Origin: Bacillota bacterium
GTDB lineage: Bacteria > Bacillota > Limnochordia > DTU080
Assembly: GCA_012840225.1 (NCBI GenBank)
Contig: DULU01000089.1
Span: 14,089-78,088, forward strand
Length of the DNA: 64,000 nt
Reading direction: 5' to 3'
The translations under genes and the position numbers were made by a program. Shown one piece after another: positions 49,308 to 59,260 of the stretch (position 1 is its first letter; each line of letters begins with the position of its first letter). The notes under the pieces are model-generated. The model saw only the letters and a list, made by a program, of their open reading frames with translations. It was not told the DNA's origin and did no database searches.

Positions 49308-51305
49308 CAACGTCCCCCGGCTTTCCCGGTACCAGTCCCGGATGATGGCCATCTCTTCCCGGCCCAGCCTGAACATGGTTCCCACCGCCTGATCGATGCG
49401 CTGCAGTCCGGCCAGTATCTCCTCGTCCCCGGACAACTCCTTATGGGCACTGGCGGCAGCTGAAACCAGCAGAGCTTCCTCAGCCACCGTCTGCCAAAGC
49501 GCCGAAGCGGCGGCCGCAGCCTGGTCCGATACGTCGAAAGCTTGAGAGACCAAGCCCGGCAAACCGGATATCGCTAAAGTGGGAGCCGGCATGGTGGGAG
49601 CCGGCATGGCGGGAACTGGCAGGTCGAGGAGATGGGCCAGCACCACATTGGTGGTGAGCCTGGCCCGGTCGTTATATCTGTGTTCGTAATAATAAGCTAC
49701 GACGGAGCTGTTCAGATATCCCAGCAGGGCGGCCTCGCTTAAGTTGGAATCGGCGGCCCTCAGGATATATACCCCTTGAGTGACATAGGCCTCCGAATCG
49801 TCCAACGCCGCCCTGATCTCGGGAGCGACCTTGGCTACCAGAACTTTTCTCCCCCGGAAATAATGCGGCTTTTTATAATCCACTCCCGGAAGGCCCGGTT
49901 CCAGCCAAAGCGGCTCGGCCAGGCGATATTTACGCACCTGCGCCCCGCCGTACACCGGCACGGTATGCCTGGTATCACGCTCCACTGTGATAAAGCGGTA
50001 GTCGGCCGCCGTCCCCCGCAATAGAAACCGGCAATTACGGCAAGGCTTTTCAGCCCTTTTCTTCTTAGGTATGGAGTTGTATTGCCCACAGCTGGGGCAT
50101 CGGACCAAGGCCCCATCTTTTCCATATTCCAGGCCACGGTGCCATCTGACATAGCGTCCCAGAACATGTCCCCCGGCAGCCTTTTCCATATGCTGCAATA
50201 AAGCCTGAGTTCTCTCCCCGGTATGTATCAAAATAGTAGCCCGACTGTGCAGGCGAAAAAGGCTCTGTTTCACCTCTCCGATACCGGAGATGACGACCTG
50301 CGGCTTCAACCCGACAGGAATGATCGTGGCGGCGGCTGTTTTTACCTTGGCCGCCGCTGAGGGCTTGTCGGTGCGGGTGGCCACCACCAACGCCACTTCC
50401 TGCAGTACACCCGGAAAAAGGGTGCCGGCATCTATGATCCATTCCAGTTCCGCCATATCCAGGAGCCGGCGCCGCACGGCACTGTAGTCGTGACCTTTGA
50501 AAAAGTTGCGCGGCAACACCAGGCCCATGCGGCCGCCGGGGGCCAGATGCTGTAAAATATTGACCACAAATATACTGAAGATATTTATATTATCCCCCGG
50601 CAGACCCAAAGCTCTGGCCTGCTCGACACCGGCTCCCTCGGCTCCCCACGGGGGATTGCTGAGAATGACGTCGGCATGCTTCAGAACCTGCCAGGGGTCA
50701 TCCCCCGCCCCTGCAGCGGATTTTTCAACCGCCGGCGCCACCGCATTGGATAATCTTAAGGTAAAACCGCCTGTGCCCCCGCCGGCGATGGTCAATATTC
50801 GCGCAGCGCACTTTAGGGCCTCTTCATCCACATCCATGCCGTAAAGGGAAGCCAATGCTCCCGCAGCCCCCTCCATCCGCTTCGGGAAGAGCCTGTGCTG
50901 CCGCTCCATGCGGTTGCGCAGGCCGGCCAGCACATAATGCAGCGTCTGCAAGCGGCGGAAGGCTGCCAGAAGAAAGCGCCCGCTGCCGCAGGCCGGATCC
51001 CCCACCACCAGGGTGGAAGTGCGCCGGCAGCAAGCCGTCAAAGCCCGCAGATCGTTATGTGCCAGCGCCGTCCGGGCTTCCCGGATGATGCCCCGCACCA
51101 ATGGATCCAAAGTAAGGTGAACAAGATACTCGACAACAGGTTTCGGCGTATAAAAGGCGCCCTTTTGCCGGCGCCTGTTGCCGACAAAGGGTTGCCTGGC
51201 CGCCTTCTGCCGCTCCAGAACCTCTTTCACCCATTTTTCTTCCGCCAGCCAAGCAGAGCGATATAACGCGCCCGCCGTCAAACCGGTAGGGCTATCCGGT
51301 ACCAA
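49302..51305 (-). CDS. N6-adenine DNA methyltransferase (gamma class, Eco57I/TaqI-like), orphan
   Basis: GAFYTP, DPACGSGRFL and ILSNPPW motifs in gamma order; TaqI_C-like LLGYLNSS; CxxC...CxxC insertion. Confidence 0.85.
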   Translation of the reverse strand: MVPDSPTGLTAGALYRSAWLAEEKWVKEVLERQKAARQPFVGNRRRQKGAFYTPKPVVEYLVHLTLDPLVRGIIREARTALAHNDLRALTACCRRTSTLVVGDPACGSGRFLLAAFRRLQTLHYVLAGLRNRMERQHRLFPKRMEGAAGALASLYGMDVDEEALKCAARILTIAGGGTGGFTLRLSNAVAPAVEKSAAGAGDDPWQVLKHADVILSNPPWGAEGAGVEQARALGLPGDNINIFSIFVVNILQHLAPGGRMGLVLPRNFFKGHDYSAVRRRLLDMAELEWIIDAGTLFPGVLQEVALVVATRTDKPSAAAKVKTAAATIIPVGLKPQVVISGIGEVKQSLFRLHSRATILIHTGERTQALLQHMEKAAGGHVLGRYVRWHRGLEYGKDGALVRCPSCGQYNSIPKKKRAEKPCRNCRFLLRGTAADYRFITVERDTRHTVPVYGGAQVRKYRLAEPLWLEPGLPGVDYKKPHYFRGRKVLVAKVAPEIRAALDDSEAYVTQGVYILRAADSNLSEAALLGYLNSSVVAYYYEHRYNDRARLTTNVVLAHLLDLPVPAMPAPTMPAPTLAISGLPGLVSQAFDVSDQAAAAASALWQTVAEEALLVSAAASAHKELSGDEEILAGLQRIDQAVGTMFRLGREEMAIIRDWYRESRGTLL

Positions 51306-51340
51306 AACCTGCCGACCTGCCTTTTCAGTGCGTGGTGAGG

Positions 51341-51631
51341 TTACTGGTCTTTATGTTCGCTCTTCTCCTCCCTCTCACCTTTATCTCCATCCTGTTCGTG
51401 CGTTTTGTGGAGCACCCAATGGTGCAGCACGGAAGCATCGATCCCGATAGCTCCCAAACCTTCAGCCATACCTAAACGAAAGGCTTCAAGGTTTTGCGCC
51501 GACGCATCTTCAATGGCATTCTCCAGCGCCGCCTTTATCATATTGGCCACCATGGCGCCCATCTGGTATGCTCCATCCGGGGAAATATCCTTCATTTTCC
51601 AAATGGTGGGCTTTTCTGCCGACATCTCCAC
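51341..51631 (-). CDS. Hypothetical protein
   Basis: ORF with an AAAGGAGG RBS before the GTG start. Confidence 0.6.
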   Translation of the reverse strand: MEMSAEKPTIWKMKDISPDGAYQMGAMVANMIKAALENAIEDASAQNLEAFRLGMAEGLGAIGIDASVLHHWVLHKTHEQDGDKGEREEKSEHKDQ

Positions 51632-51727
51632 CAATAACCCTCCTTTCGGCGCCAAGCGCAAAAAGGACCCGTCGCTTTCCGGGCAGGACGAGTCCTTTCT
51701 TCCATCTTGGTCGCAGTCGGCGCTTTG

Positions 51728-52144
51728 TCACATCGTGCTTTGACTTTGGCTGCTCAGCCCGCTATAGTTTGACCCGCCAAACTGGCTGCTGCCGAACTGG
51801 TTGCCGAACTGACTGCCGCTTTGTCCGCTATATGACGGCATATTCTGGTAGCTCTGCTGCTGGGAGGGGCCGTATTGTCCGGATCCGGTCGAAAAAAACG
51901 ACGGCTGCTGGTAGCTGCCGGCCTGAGAGCTGCCGAACTGGCCGCCGCTTGGCAACTGCTGCTGCGAATAAGATTGCGCCAAGGTGGAGGCATATTGATT
52001 GAGCTGATTGATGAGTTGCTGGAGGCGGGAGGAAGCCTGGCTCTCTTCCTGGGCCAGCGCATTCAACTGCTGGGCGTGGCGCAATTCCGCCTGGCTCAAC
52101 TCTTGAGCGATTTGTTGGATCTGCTGAAAAGTAAACTGATGCAT
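51728..52144 (-). CDS. Gln/Ser/Gly-rich low-complexity protein
   Basis: GAGGGG RBS; helical Q-rich N-terminus; uncharged Q/S/G/Y/F C-terminal region. Confidence 0.7.
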   Translation of the reverse strand: MHQFTFQQIQQIAQELSQAELRHAQQLNALAQEESQASSRLQQLINQLNQYASTLAQSYSQQQLPSGGQFGSSQAGSYQQPSFFSTGSGQYGPSQQQSYQNMPSYSGQSGSQFGNQFGSSQFGGSNYSGLSSQSQSTM

Positions 52145-52398
52145 AGCTTTTCCCCTCTCTTGATTCCCCATTTTTGCCAGGGGTATATCGCAATTTAGCT
52201 TGCACCTCGCCGGTCCGGACTATAACCGCAAAAAGCTGCTGGCAACAATTGCCTGCCCTGGCGCCATCTCTCATCACCGGCAGTAGACCGGTGGGCAACA
52301 AAAAATACAGCCGGCCCGTACCGCCCTGCCCAACCAGGGCAAAGTCGATACGGCCGGCTGCCTCGCCTTTACAAAGCCCGTATGATAAAGCTATCAGG

Positions 52399-52635
52399 TT
52401 AGGACTTTTGCTCAACCTTGTCCGAACTGTCTTCCGACATCCGGTAAAAGGTGAAGGCATAGAGACCTGACAATCCCACGAGCAAATACACGATTCTTGA
52501 TGCCAGACTGGGGCTGTAGGTTGTCGTCCCGCCGAATATGGCCTGCACCAGGTCGATATTGAACAACCCGATTAGACCCCAATTTATAGCACCGATGATC
52601 AAGATGGTTAGCGCAATGGCCCTCAGTGTATCCAC
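52399..52635 (-). CDS. DUF378 family small membrane protein (YuzA-like)
   Basis: L.IIGAINWGLIGLF..DLV..IFG...RIVY.LVGLSGLY signature. Confidence 0.9.
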   Translation of the reverse strand: MDTLRAIALTILIIGAINWGLIGLFNIDLVQAIFGGTTTYSPSLASRIVYLLVGLSGLYAFTFYRMSEDSSDKVEQKS

Positions 52636-52755
52636 GACGTGCCACCCTCCTTTAACTTGCCGGCAAGAGATGCGGCTTTTCTGCCCCTATTCTGTACCAA
52701 TTCATGCGTTTCATATGCATGCCGCCGCCCCGTCGGGCGCCTGAACAAGGGTTAA

Positions 52756-53376
52756 TTATAATACCTGCTGCAAAACAGCTTGGCTCGACGCGTCCATCTG
52801 CCGCAAATCGCTGATAGCAAAGCGGTTGCCGTCCACATCTATCAAGAGCACCCGCTCTCCGTCAAGCCCGATCACCGTCTCCCGGTTGGCCCGGACCACA
52901 AATTCCCGCCGGCCCCGGCTGGTTTCCACATCGAAATATAAGGTGTCACTCTCGGCGCGGAGCGCATTGATCCGCTTCACTTCATTGACCAGATACCGGC
53001 GTCTGATCTCCTCTTCCACCAGAGCGCGCTGGGAAGGAGAAAGCTCAGCCAGGCTGCGTATCGTGCCGATCTCCTCATTCTTGCGATTCAAAAACACAAT
53101 ATAACTGTCGGCCATCGTCAAAGGAAAGGAGCGGACGATGCGCACACCTAGCCAGGTGCGCACATTTTCCATGGTGAGGCATAGCCCCCAACTGCGACTG
53201 GTACCGAAGGACAGCTTTGCCGTATCCAGCCAGCCCGGCTCCCAGCAATCCCGGGCATATTCGGCCGTGGTGTAGTGAGCCAAACCGTTGGCGAAACAGT
53301 CAAGCAGCTGAGACTCTGGCTCTTGAACCATAATATTGTCGGCAGCCATATGGGTTGAACATCCTTTCCGAACCAA
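52756..53376 (-). CDS. DUF1854 domain protein
   Basis: R.FPL, EIG.I..L.EL, E..RRY, VETSRG.REF and DVDGNRF motifs; follows an ABC transporter gene. Confidence 0.8.
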   Translation of the reverse strand: MVRKGCSTHMAADNIMVQEPESQLLDCFANGLAHYTTAEYARDCWEPGWLDTAKLSFGTSRSWGLCLTMENVRTWLGVRIVRSFPLTMADSYIVFLNRKNEEIGTIRSLAELSPSQRALVEEEIRRRYLVNEVKRINALRAESDTLYFDVETSRGRREFVVRANRETVIGLDGERVLLIDVDGNRFAISDLRQMDASSQAVLQQVL

Positions 53377-53405
53377 TGCTTAGCTTATGCTCAAATGTAA
53401 CGACA

Positions 53406-55619
53406 TCATCCGTCAATGGCCCTGGTTTTGTTGATCTCCGCTTGCATATTGACCAGGCGGTAATAGATGCCTTTCTTCACCAGCAATTCATCATGGGTGC
53501 CTATTTCGGCGATCTTGCCGTCGTCCAACACCACCAGCCTGTCGGCGTTGCGCAGGGTGGAGAGCCGGTGGGCGATGGCGAAGGTGGTGCGGCCTTTAAC
53601 CAGTCTGGCAATAGCCTCCTGGATCTGCCGTTCGGTTTCGGTGTCGACCGAGGCGGTGGCTTCATCCATGATCAATATTTTGGGATCATGCAAAATAGCC
53701 CGGGCAATGGAGATTCTCTGCCGCTCGCCAACCGACAGCTTGGTGCCTCGCTCTCCCACCTGGGTATCATAGCCGTCCGGCTTGTTGACGATGAAGTTGT
53801 GAGCGTTGGCCGCCCTGGCCGCCCGCACGATCTCCTCGCGGGTGGCGTCTGGTTTGCCGTAGGCGATGTTTTCAGCGATGGTGCCGTTGAAGAGGAACGG
53901 CTCCTGCAGCACCATACCGATGCGGCTGCGCAGGCTGTCCAGCCTGATCTCCTTCAGGTTCACGCCGTCCAGGAGGATCTCCCCTTCGTCGGGATCATAT
54001 AAGCGGCACAGGAGATTGATGAGGGTGCTCTTCCCCACTCCCGAGCGGCCGACCAAGCCGATCATCTCCCCGGGTTTGACGTTCAGGTTGATGTTTTTCA
54101 GTACCGGCTTGTAACGCTCATAACCGAAGATCACCCCGCGAAACTCCACCTTGCCGGCGATATCCTCCAGGTGGCGGGCTTTGGGATCCTGATAGGGCTC
54201 GGGTTGGGAGTCGATCACCTCGAAAATGCGCTCGGCTCCGGCCAAAGCCCTGGTCATCCAGTTGTTCAGCTGGGAGATCCACTGCAGCGGCCCATACAAT
54301 ATAGTCTGATACATGGTGAACATGATCAGCTCACCGGCGGTGATCTCCCCGGCCAGCACCCGGCGGGCGCCGAAGAAGTAGACCAAGAGAAAGCCGATGC
54401 CGGCCGTGAAGTTCATGGTGGTGAAGAAGGTGAACCAGAGCCGGTCGGCCCGGGTGCCGATCTGGCAGACCGCCTCATTGCGCTGGTCGAGGCGGCTTAT
54501 TTCCCGCACTTCCTGGGCAAAGGCTTTGACCACCTTAATGCCGGTGATCGACTCATTCAGGTACGCTGAAAAATTAGACCATTTTTGACTCCAGGTGTAC
54601 CAAGACTGGCGCAGGTGCTTCCAGAAGGCGGCTCCTCCCAACACCAGGAGAGGCGCCGGCACCAAAGCCAACAGAGCCAGCCACCAGTCATGGATCAACA
54701 GCACCACCGCCACGCCCACAATCAACACGATGTTGGAGAGCAGGTAGGGCAAGCCGTCCACCAGCAACCCTTGCAGGCGGTCGGAGTCGGTGGTGACGCG
54801 GGACATGATGGCACCGATCTGGCGTTTGTCATAAAAGCGCAAGGTCAGCCGCTCCAGGGTGCGGTAAATATGCGCCCTGATGTCCCTGGTCACCTTGGCG
54901 CTCAAGGCGGCCACAATCCAGCTGTGCGTCAGTCCGGCCAAGGCCTCGGCCACATATACGCCGAGCAGGGCCAAGATCAGCCATATCAGAAGACCGGTTT
55001 CCTGGCCCAGCAATACCCGGTCGATCAGCATCCTGGTCACCCGGGGCGGCACCAGCCGGGCACCTGTGCTGGCTAAAGCCACTACGGCCAAAGCCAGGGC
55101 GCTCGGCCAATAGGGTTTCATGTAGCCGGCGATGCGCATGAAGACGGCCACTTTGCGCACACAAGCCGGGCACAGCCCGCCGGGCTCCGGCAAGAGGCGG
55201 CGGCATTTGGAGCAGCGCTTGGCTTCCTCCGCTGCCGGTACACCCGGGTCCTCGCCCTTGGCCAGTTTCTCGATCATCCTGGCTGCCTCGGCAAAGCGTT
55301 CCGTGAGGGAACTGGAGAAATATAACGCCTCAATCAGCTTCAGCCCCACCAGGAACTGCAGCCGGCCGCCGCCGACCAGCGGGTCCACCTTGGCCCACTT
55401 CACGTCCCGGATGGGATATTCGGCAATATGCCAGGCCTCCGAGGTCTGCTGCGGACGGAATACCATTATTCTCTCATGGGTGGCCACCAGCCACCCGGTC
55501 ACATATTGGTCGGGTATGGCCATGTCGGTAGCCAGGCTGATGATTATTTCCTCACCATGCGGCAGGCGCTCGGCCACCAGGCAGGCTATTGTTTCCGGTA
55601 ACGGCCATTTGACTTGCAT
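53406..55619 (-). CDS. ABC exporter, fused permease/ATP-binding, with an N-terminal CxxC..CPxC extension
   Basis: GRSGVGKST, LSVGERQR, ILIMDEATAS and IAHRLST motifs; TM domain; start MQVKWP after GGAGG. Confidence 0.92.
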   Translation of the reverse strand: MQVKWPLPETIACLVAERLPHGEEIIISLATDMAIPDQYVTGWLVATHERIMVFRPQQTSEAWHIAEYPIRDVKWAKVDPLVGGGRLQFLVGLKLIEALYFSSSLTERFAEAARMIEKLAKGEDPGVPAAEEAKRCSKCRRLLPEPGGLCPACVRKVAVFMRIAGYMKPYWPSALALAVVALASTGARLVPPRVTRMLIDRVLLGQETGLLIWLILALLGVYVAEALAGLTHSWIVAALSAKVTRDIRAHIYRTLERLTLRFYDKRQIGAIMSRVTTDSDRLQGLLVDGLPYLLSNIVLIVGVAVVLLIHDWWLALLALVPAPLLVLGGAAFWKHLRQSWYTWSQKWSNFSAYLNESITGIKVVKAFAQEVREISRLDQRNEAVCQIGTRADRLWFTFFTTMNFTAGIGFLLVYFFGARRVLAGEITAGELIMFTMYQTILYGPLQWISQLNNWMTRALAGAERIFEVIDSQPEPYQDPKARHLEDIAGKVEFRGVIFGYERYKPVLKNINLNVKPGEMIGLVGRSGVGKSTLINLLCRLYDPDEGEILLDGVNLKEIRLDSLRSRIGMVLQEPFLFNGTIAENIAYGKPDATREEIVRAARAANAHNFIVNKPDGYDTQVGERGTKLSVGERQRISIARAILHDPKILIMDEATASVDTETERQIQEAIARLVKGRTTFAIAHRLSTLRNADRLVVLDDGKIAEIGTHDELLVKKGIYYRLVNMQAEINKTRAIDG

Positions 55620-55660
55620 AAAATACCTCCCAGAGCCTCTTTTTCCCTGAAAATGAGGAC

Positions 55661-55688
55661 AAAAAAACCACGGCAACGGACGCCGTGG
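55661..55688 (-). terminator. Intrinsic terminator (attenuator) in the ABC exporter leader
   Basis: ccacggc..gccgtgg stem followed by U7 on the minus strand, ~40 nt before the ABC start codon. Confidence 0.75.
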
Positions 55689-55717
55689 CTCAGGAGGCAG
55701 GTATAGCACCGGATGAC

Positions 55718-55801
55718 TCACGGTGACAAAATACCTGTTCGAGCACACGGACGTACAAGGATACCAACTACTGGATGGATAACGGCATATCCACTGATCA
55801 C
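55718..55801 (-). CDS. Putative leader peptide MISGYAVIHPVVGILVRPCARTGILSP
   Basis: Translated by hand; AGGGGGT RBS; ends 30 nt before the terminator. Confidence 0.5.
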   Translation of the reverse strand: MISGYAVIHPVVGILVRPCARTGILSP

Positions 55802-55947
55802 TTTGTGCACACCCCCTATTTCCCGATACTTAATGATACAGCTACCTTCCACATTTTATACTCCCATACAATAGATAGCAACATTTAATTGATTAATTTT
55901 ATTTATTGACCGGTCATGCTGAAAAATGGGGCGGGCGAGAGACGGAA

Positions 55948-56196
55948 ATGGAGGTTAACGGCTGCATGATGAGGGAAATCACCTATGAGGCGGGCGGCAG
56001 AGTGAGCGGTGAGCCGGCGACAGAGGCCGCGTATATAGCAGCGGCAGCTCCGGTTTCCTCACAGCTCATGGCCATCCTGGATCAACAAGTAGCCCTGAAA
56101 AACGCCTTGTTGAACACACCGACATCCCGCAGATTTCAGGCCACCGTGCTGGGTCTGGCGACCCTGCAGATGCTCAACCAGGTGCGGCGCTCCTAA
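55948..56196 (+). CDS. Hypothetical protein
   Basis: Short ORF divergent from the ABC gene; start uncertain. Confidence 0.4.
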   Translation: MEVNGCMMREITYEAGGRVSGEPATEAAYIAAAAPVSSQLMAILDQQVALKNALLNTPTSRRFQATVLGLATLQMLNQVRRS

Positions 56197-56398
56197 CGCC
56201 GCATCCGCCTGCCCCACTCTCCTCCCCTCACCTCCGGGTACAAAGGCTGCCGCCACAATACCGGCAGCGGTCGCAGTGCGGGCTGCTGCCGGGATACACA
56301 AAAAAGCACCGCTTCTCTCCTCAAAGGCGCAGGAGAAAAGCGGCGCCAATTTTCACCGGTCGCAGCCAAAACCAGCACAGTCCGGCTGTTCCCGGAGC

Positions 56399-57385
56399 TT
56401 AGAATTTGAAGGAACCCTGTATCATGGCCGTGTTGATGTTGCTCTTGAACATATCGGTCGAACCGGCCGCCATATCCAGGCGCAGCGGTCCAAGATAGAT
56501 GCCCAATCCGGCCGTGGTGAGCGGCTCGTCGACGTCAGGACGCTTGACCTGCCCGACGCGGAACTTGAAGATCAAAAGGCCGGCTTCGGCACCAATATGG
56601 GTGGTACCGTCCTCTTCCATGTCGGCCGCCAGCACCAGGCCCAACACCGGCAGCTTCAGAGCGGCGCCATAGCGGATCACCATGTCGGGCTTGATCTTTT
56701 CCGTGCCGAGAGCAGTCTCCATCTTCACGGTACCATAAACATTGCGGGCTGAAATCCCTACAGACAAGGGCCCGCCTTCAGCAATCAACCCGGCATTCAG
56801 GAGAATACCGCTTACCGGCTGGGTGGATTGGGAGTCTACCATGTTTCCGTCTTCATCAAAAGTAGCCGTCGTCAGCCCCTCAACGAGGCGATCGGCGCTC
56901 AGGCCGAAGCGCAGGCGCAAAAGTCCCAGATTGAGGACCTGGCCGCCTATGCCGGCGGAAATCCGGCCGCTGTAATACACCGTCCCATCACCGGTATCCT
57001 CATCTTTCATAGCCAGGCCGTTGACAAAGGCGCCTAACCCCAGGCTGCCCAGGCTGAACCCGGCCAGCCCGTTGATATCCAGTTGCTCCACCTCTTCCAG
57101 CGCCTCGTCGATCCTGCTGATGTCGGACAAAAGATCCGCATTGGAGCTGTCAAGGCCGACGGTCAACTCAACAAAGGATCTTCCTAAGCCGGCCGGGTTA
57201 TACTGCAAAGCGGATATGTCTCCGGCTACGGCAGTATAGGCTCCTCCCATGGCGTAGGCGCGGGCGCTGGGATACTCCGCGGAAAAACTGCTGTTATATC
57301 CTTCGGCAGCAGCCGGGATAGCAACAAGTGTTGCCGCCAACGCTAACGCCAGGATGATCGATATACCTCTCATGCGGTTGATCAT
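56399..57385 (-). CDS. Outer-membrane beta-barrel protein (PorV/FadL-like)
   Basis: Signal peptide, ARAYAMGGAYTAVA.D..AL.YNPAGL motif, terminal GSFKF. Confidence 0.8.
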   Translation of the reverse strand: MINRMRGISIILALALAATLVAIPAAAEGYNSSFSAEYPSARAYAMGGAYTAVAGDISALQYNPAGLGRSFVELTVGLDSSNADLLSDISRIDEALEEVEQLDINGLAGFSLGSLGLGAFVNGLAMKDEDTGDGTVYYSGRISAGIGGQVLNLGLLRLRFGLSADRLVEGLTTATFDEDGNMVDSQSTQPVSGILLNAGLIAEGGPLSVGISARNVYGTVKMETALGTEKIKPDMVIRYGAALKLPVLGLVLAADMEEDGTTHIGAEAGLLIFKFRVGQVKRPDVDEPLTTAGLGIYLGPLRLDMAAGSTDMFKSNINTAMIQGSFKF

Positions 57386-57687
57386 TTACCTCCTCCTTCT
57401 CATATACACACATTGTTTGCTTAATTTTCCACATCGGGAAGATCATTACCTGCAGGTTTAATGAAAGAGTTGCCTTCCGGGTGGAATTTCTTTTGTTAAA
57501 TTTATGATATTCATCTTTCTGTGATTTGCCAGTGACTCTTATCACAAGAAGGCGGCCATTTTCTTCATCCCGGCCAAACCGTTATGAAAATATACCGGCC
57601 TGGTGCAGGAATATCTTTCCCCTTTGTTGTAATTGTACTTATAAACCCAATACATGTTATATTTCCGAGGAAAGGACGGTGTTGTCA

Positions 57688-59010
57688 ATGTTGTTTAGGT
57701 TTGAGAAGTTAATGTCGTCGTTCATGGTCACCATTCTTCTTCTGGCCGCCCTTGGCCTGACCTGTGCGGCTGCCCCCGCCCAGGAGATCAGGCTGTCGCT
57801 GATGATGTATGGCGACGATTCGCAGAAATACTTCTTCGATCTGATTAAGGAAGGTTTCGAGCGGGACAATCCGGGATACAAGCTTGATTACGAAATAGTT
57901 GCCTACGCTCAGTACATAGAAAAAATCCAGGTGCTCTTCGCCACCGGCACAGCCCCGGATGTCTTTCTCACCTGGGCACAGTACAAACCACTCTTCGTGG
58001 AAAGCGGCATGCTTCTCGATGTCACCGAGCGCATCAACCGCAGTGAAGTGGTGAAGCTGGACCAATTTTTCCCGGTGATCAAGGACAACATCTCCTACCA
58101 GGGCCGCATGTGGGGAACACCCTGGGGATTCAACTCCACTGTCTGGATCGCCAACCTTGATCTGCTCAACGAGGCCGGCATAGCTTTCCCCGGATATGAT
58201 TGGACGGTGGACGACCTGCGGGAAATTTCACGCAAAATAGCCCGTCCGGAGCAGAAGATATTCGGTACGGTAAACCCGATCACTTCCGGTGACGGTCATA
58301 CCATTCAATGGTTCATTAACTGGGCCGGTCATGGCTATGTCGACGAAACCGGACGCAAAGTGCTGGTCAATTCCAACAAGGCGGTGGAAATGGTGGATTA
58401 CTGGCGGGAGCTGGCGCTGGACCTCGCCGTTATCCCCTCCAGCAGATACCCCCGCACTTCCGGCGCCACCTTCCTCGGCACCGGCGACCTGGCTTTCTGG
58501 CAGTGCTGGACGACGGAAACCCAGAGGCTGATCACTTTCAGGCAGCAGGGCATCGAGCCGGTGCGCTGGCGTTTCACCACCTATCCGAAAGCTGCGAACG
58601 GGCAGGGGCATTTTGCCCAGGGACACCTCTGGAGCATCCCGGCCAACAGCAAACGTCCGGATGATGCCTGGAAACTGCTGGAATGGCTGGGCAGCGAAGC
58701 CTGTGATTACATCTGGGCCTCCTCGCAGCGCACCCCGCCGGTAATGCCCAACGTCAGGCACTGGAATGCCTATAACCAGCTCCTGAGCGAGCGGGATCGC
58801 CAGGAAGTGCTCAACTTCATAGTCAATGTGGTGTATGGACAGGGTTATGCTCAGGATCTCTCCTACTGGCCGACCTACGGCGAGATGTCCACCATCATAA
58901 AAGCGCAATTGGGCCAGGTATATGCCGGCAATATCTCCGCCAAAATGGCCATGGATCAGGCGGCGGCGCAGATGCAGATAGTCTTGGACGAATACTGGAG
59001 CAAGAAGTGA
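57688..59010 (+). CDS. ABC transporter sugar-binding protein
   Basis: FE..NP, GTAPDVF, N.DLL.EAGI..P..DWT.DD and AWKLLEWL motifs. Confidence 0.9.
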   Translation: MLFRFEKLMSSFMVTILLLAALGLTCAAAPAQEIRLSLMMYGDDSQKYFFDLIKEGFERDNPGYKLDYEIVAYAQYIEKIQVLFATGTAPDVFLTWAQYKPLFVESGMLLDVTERINRSEVVKLDQFFPVIKDNISYQGRMWGTPWGFNSTVWIANLDLLNEAGIAFPGYDWTVDDLREISRKIARPEQKIFGTVNPITSGDGHTIQWFINWAGHGYVDETGRKVLVNSNKAVEMVDYWRELALDLAVIPSSRYPRTSGATFLGTGDLAFWQCWTTETQRLITFRQQGIEPVRWRFTTYPKAANGQGHFAQGHLWSIPANSKRPDDAWKLLEWLGSEACDYIWASSQRTPPVMPNVRHWNAYNQLLSERDRQEVLNFIVNVVYGQGYAQDLSYWPTYGEMSTIIKAQLGQVYAGNISAKMAMDQAAAQMQIVLDEYWSKK

Positions 59011-59260
59011 GCCTGACCGGTCTCGCCCCCTATTGATGATGGAGAGCAAAAAAATGTGAACAAAGATGGCCCGGAGCTCGGCTCTCTGAGCCGGCCGCCG
59101 GTTGGCGGTGCGGATACTGACGGAGAGCAACTCCGGGCCTCTTCATGCTTTCATGCCGCTGCAGAACAAAAGTGGCGGCGCAGTCCGGCCATCGCCGGGG
59201 TGATCCAGGTATATTCCGCCTCATTATATAGCCAAAAGTGCTGATGGGCATCGATCTTGA

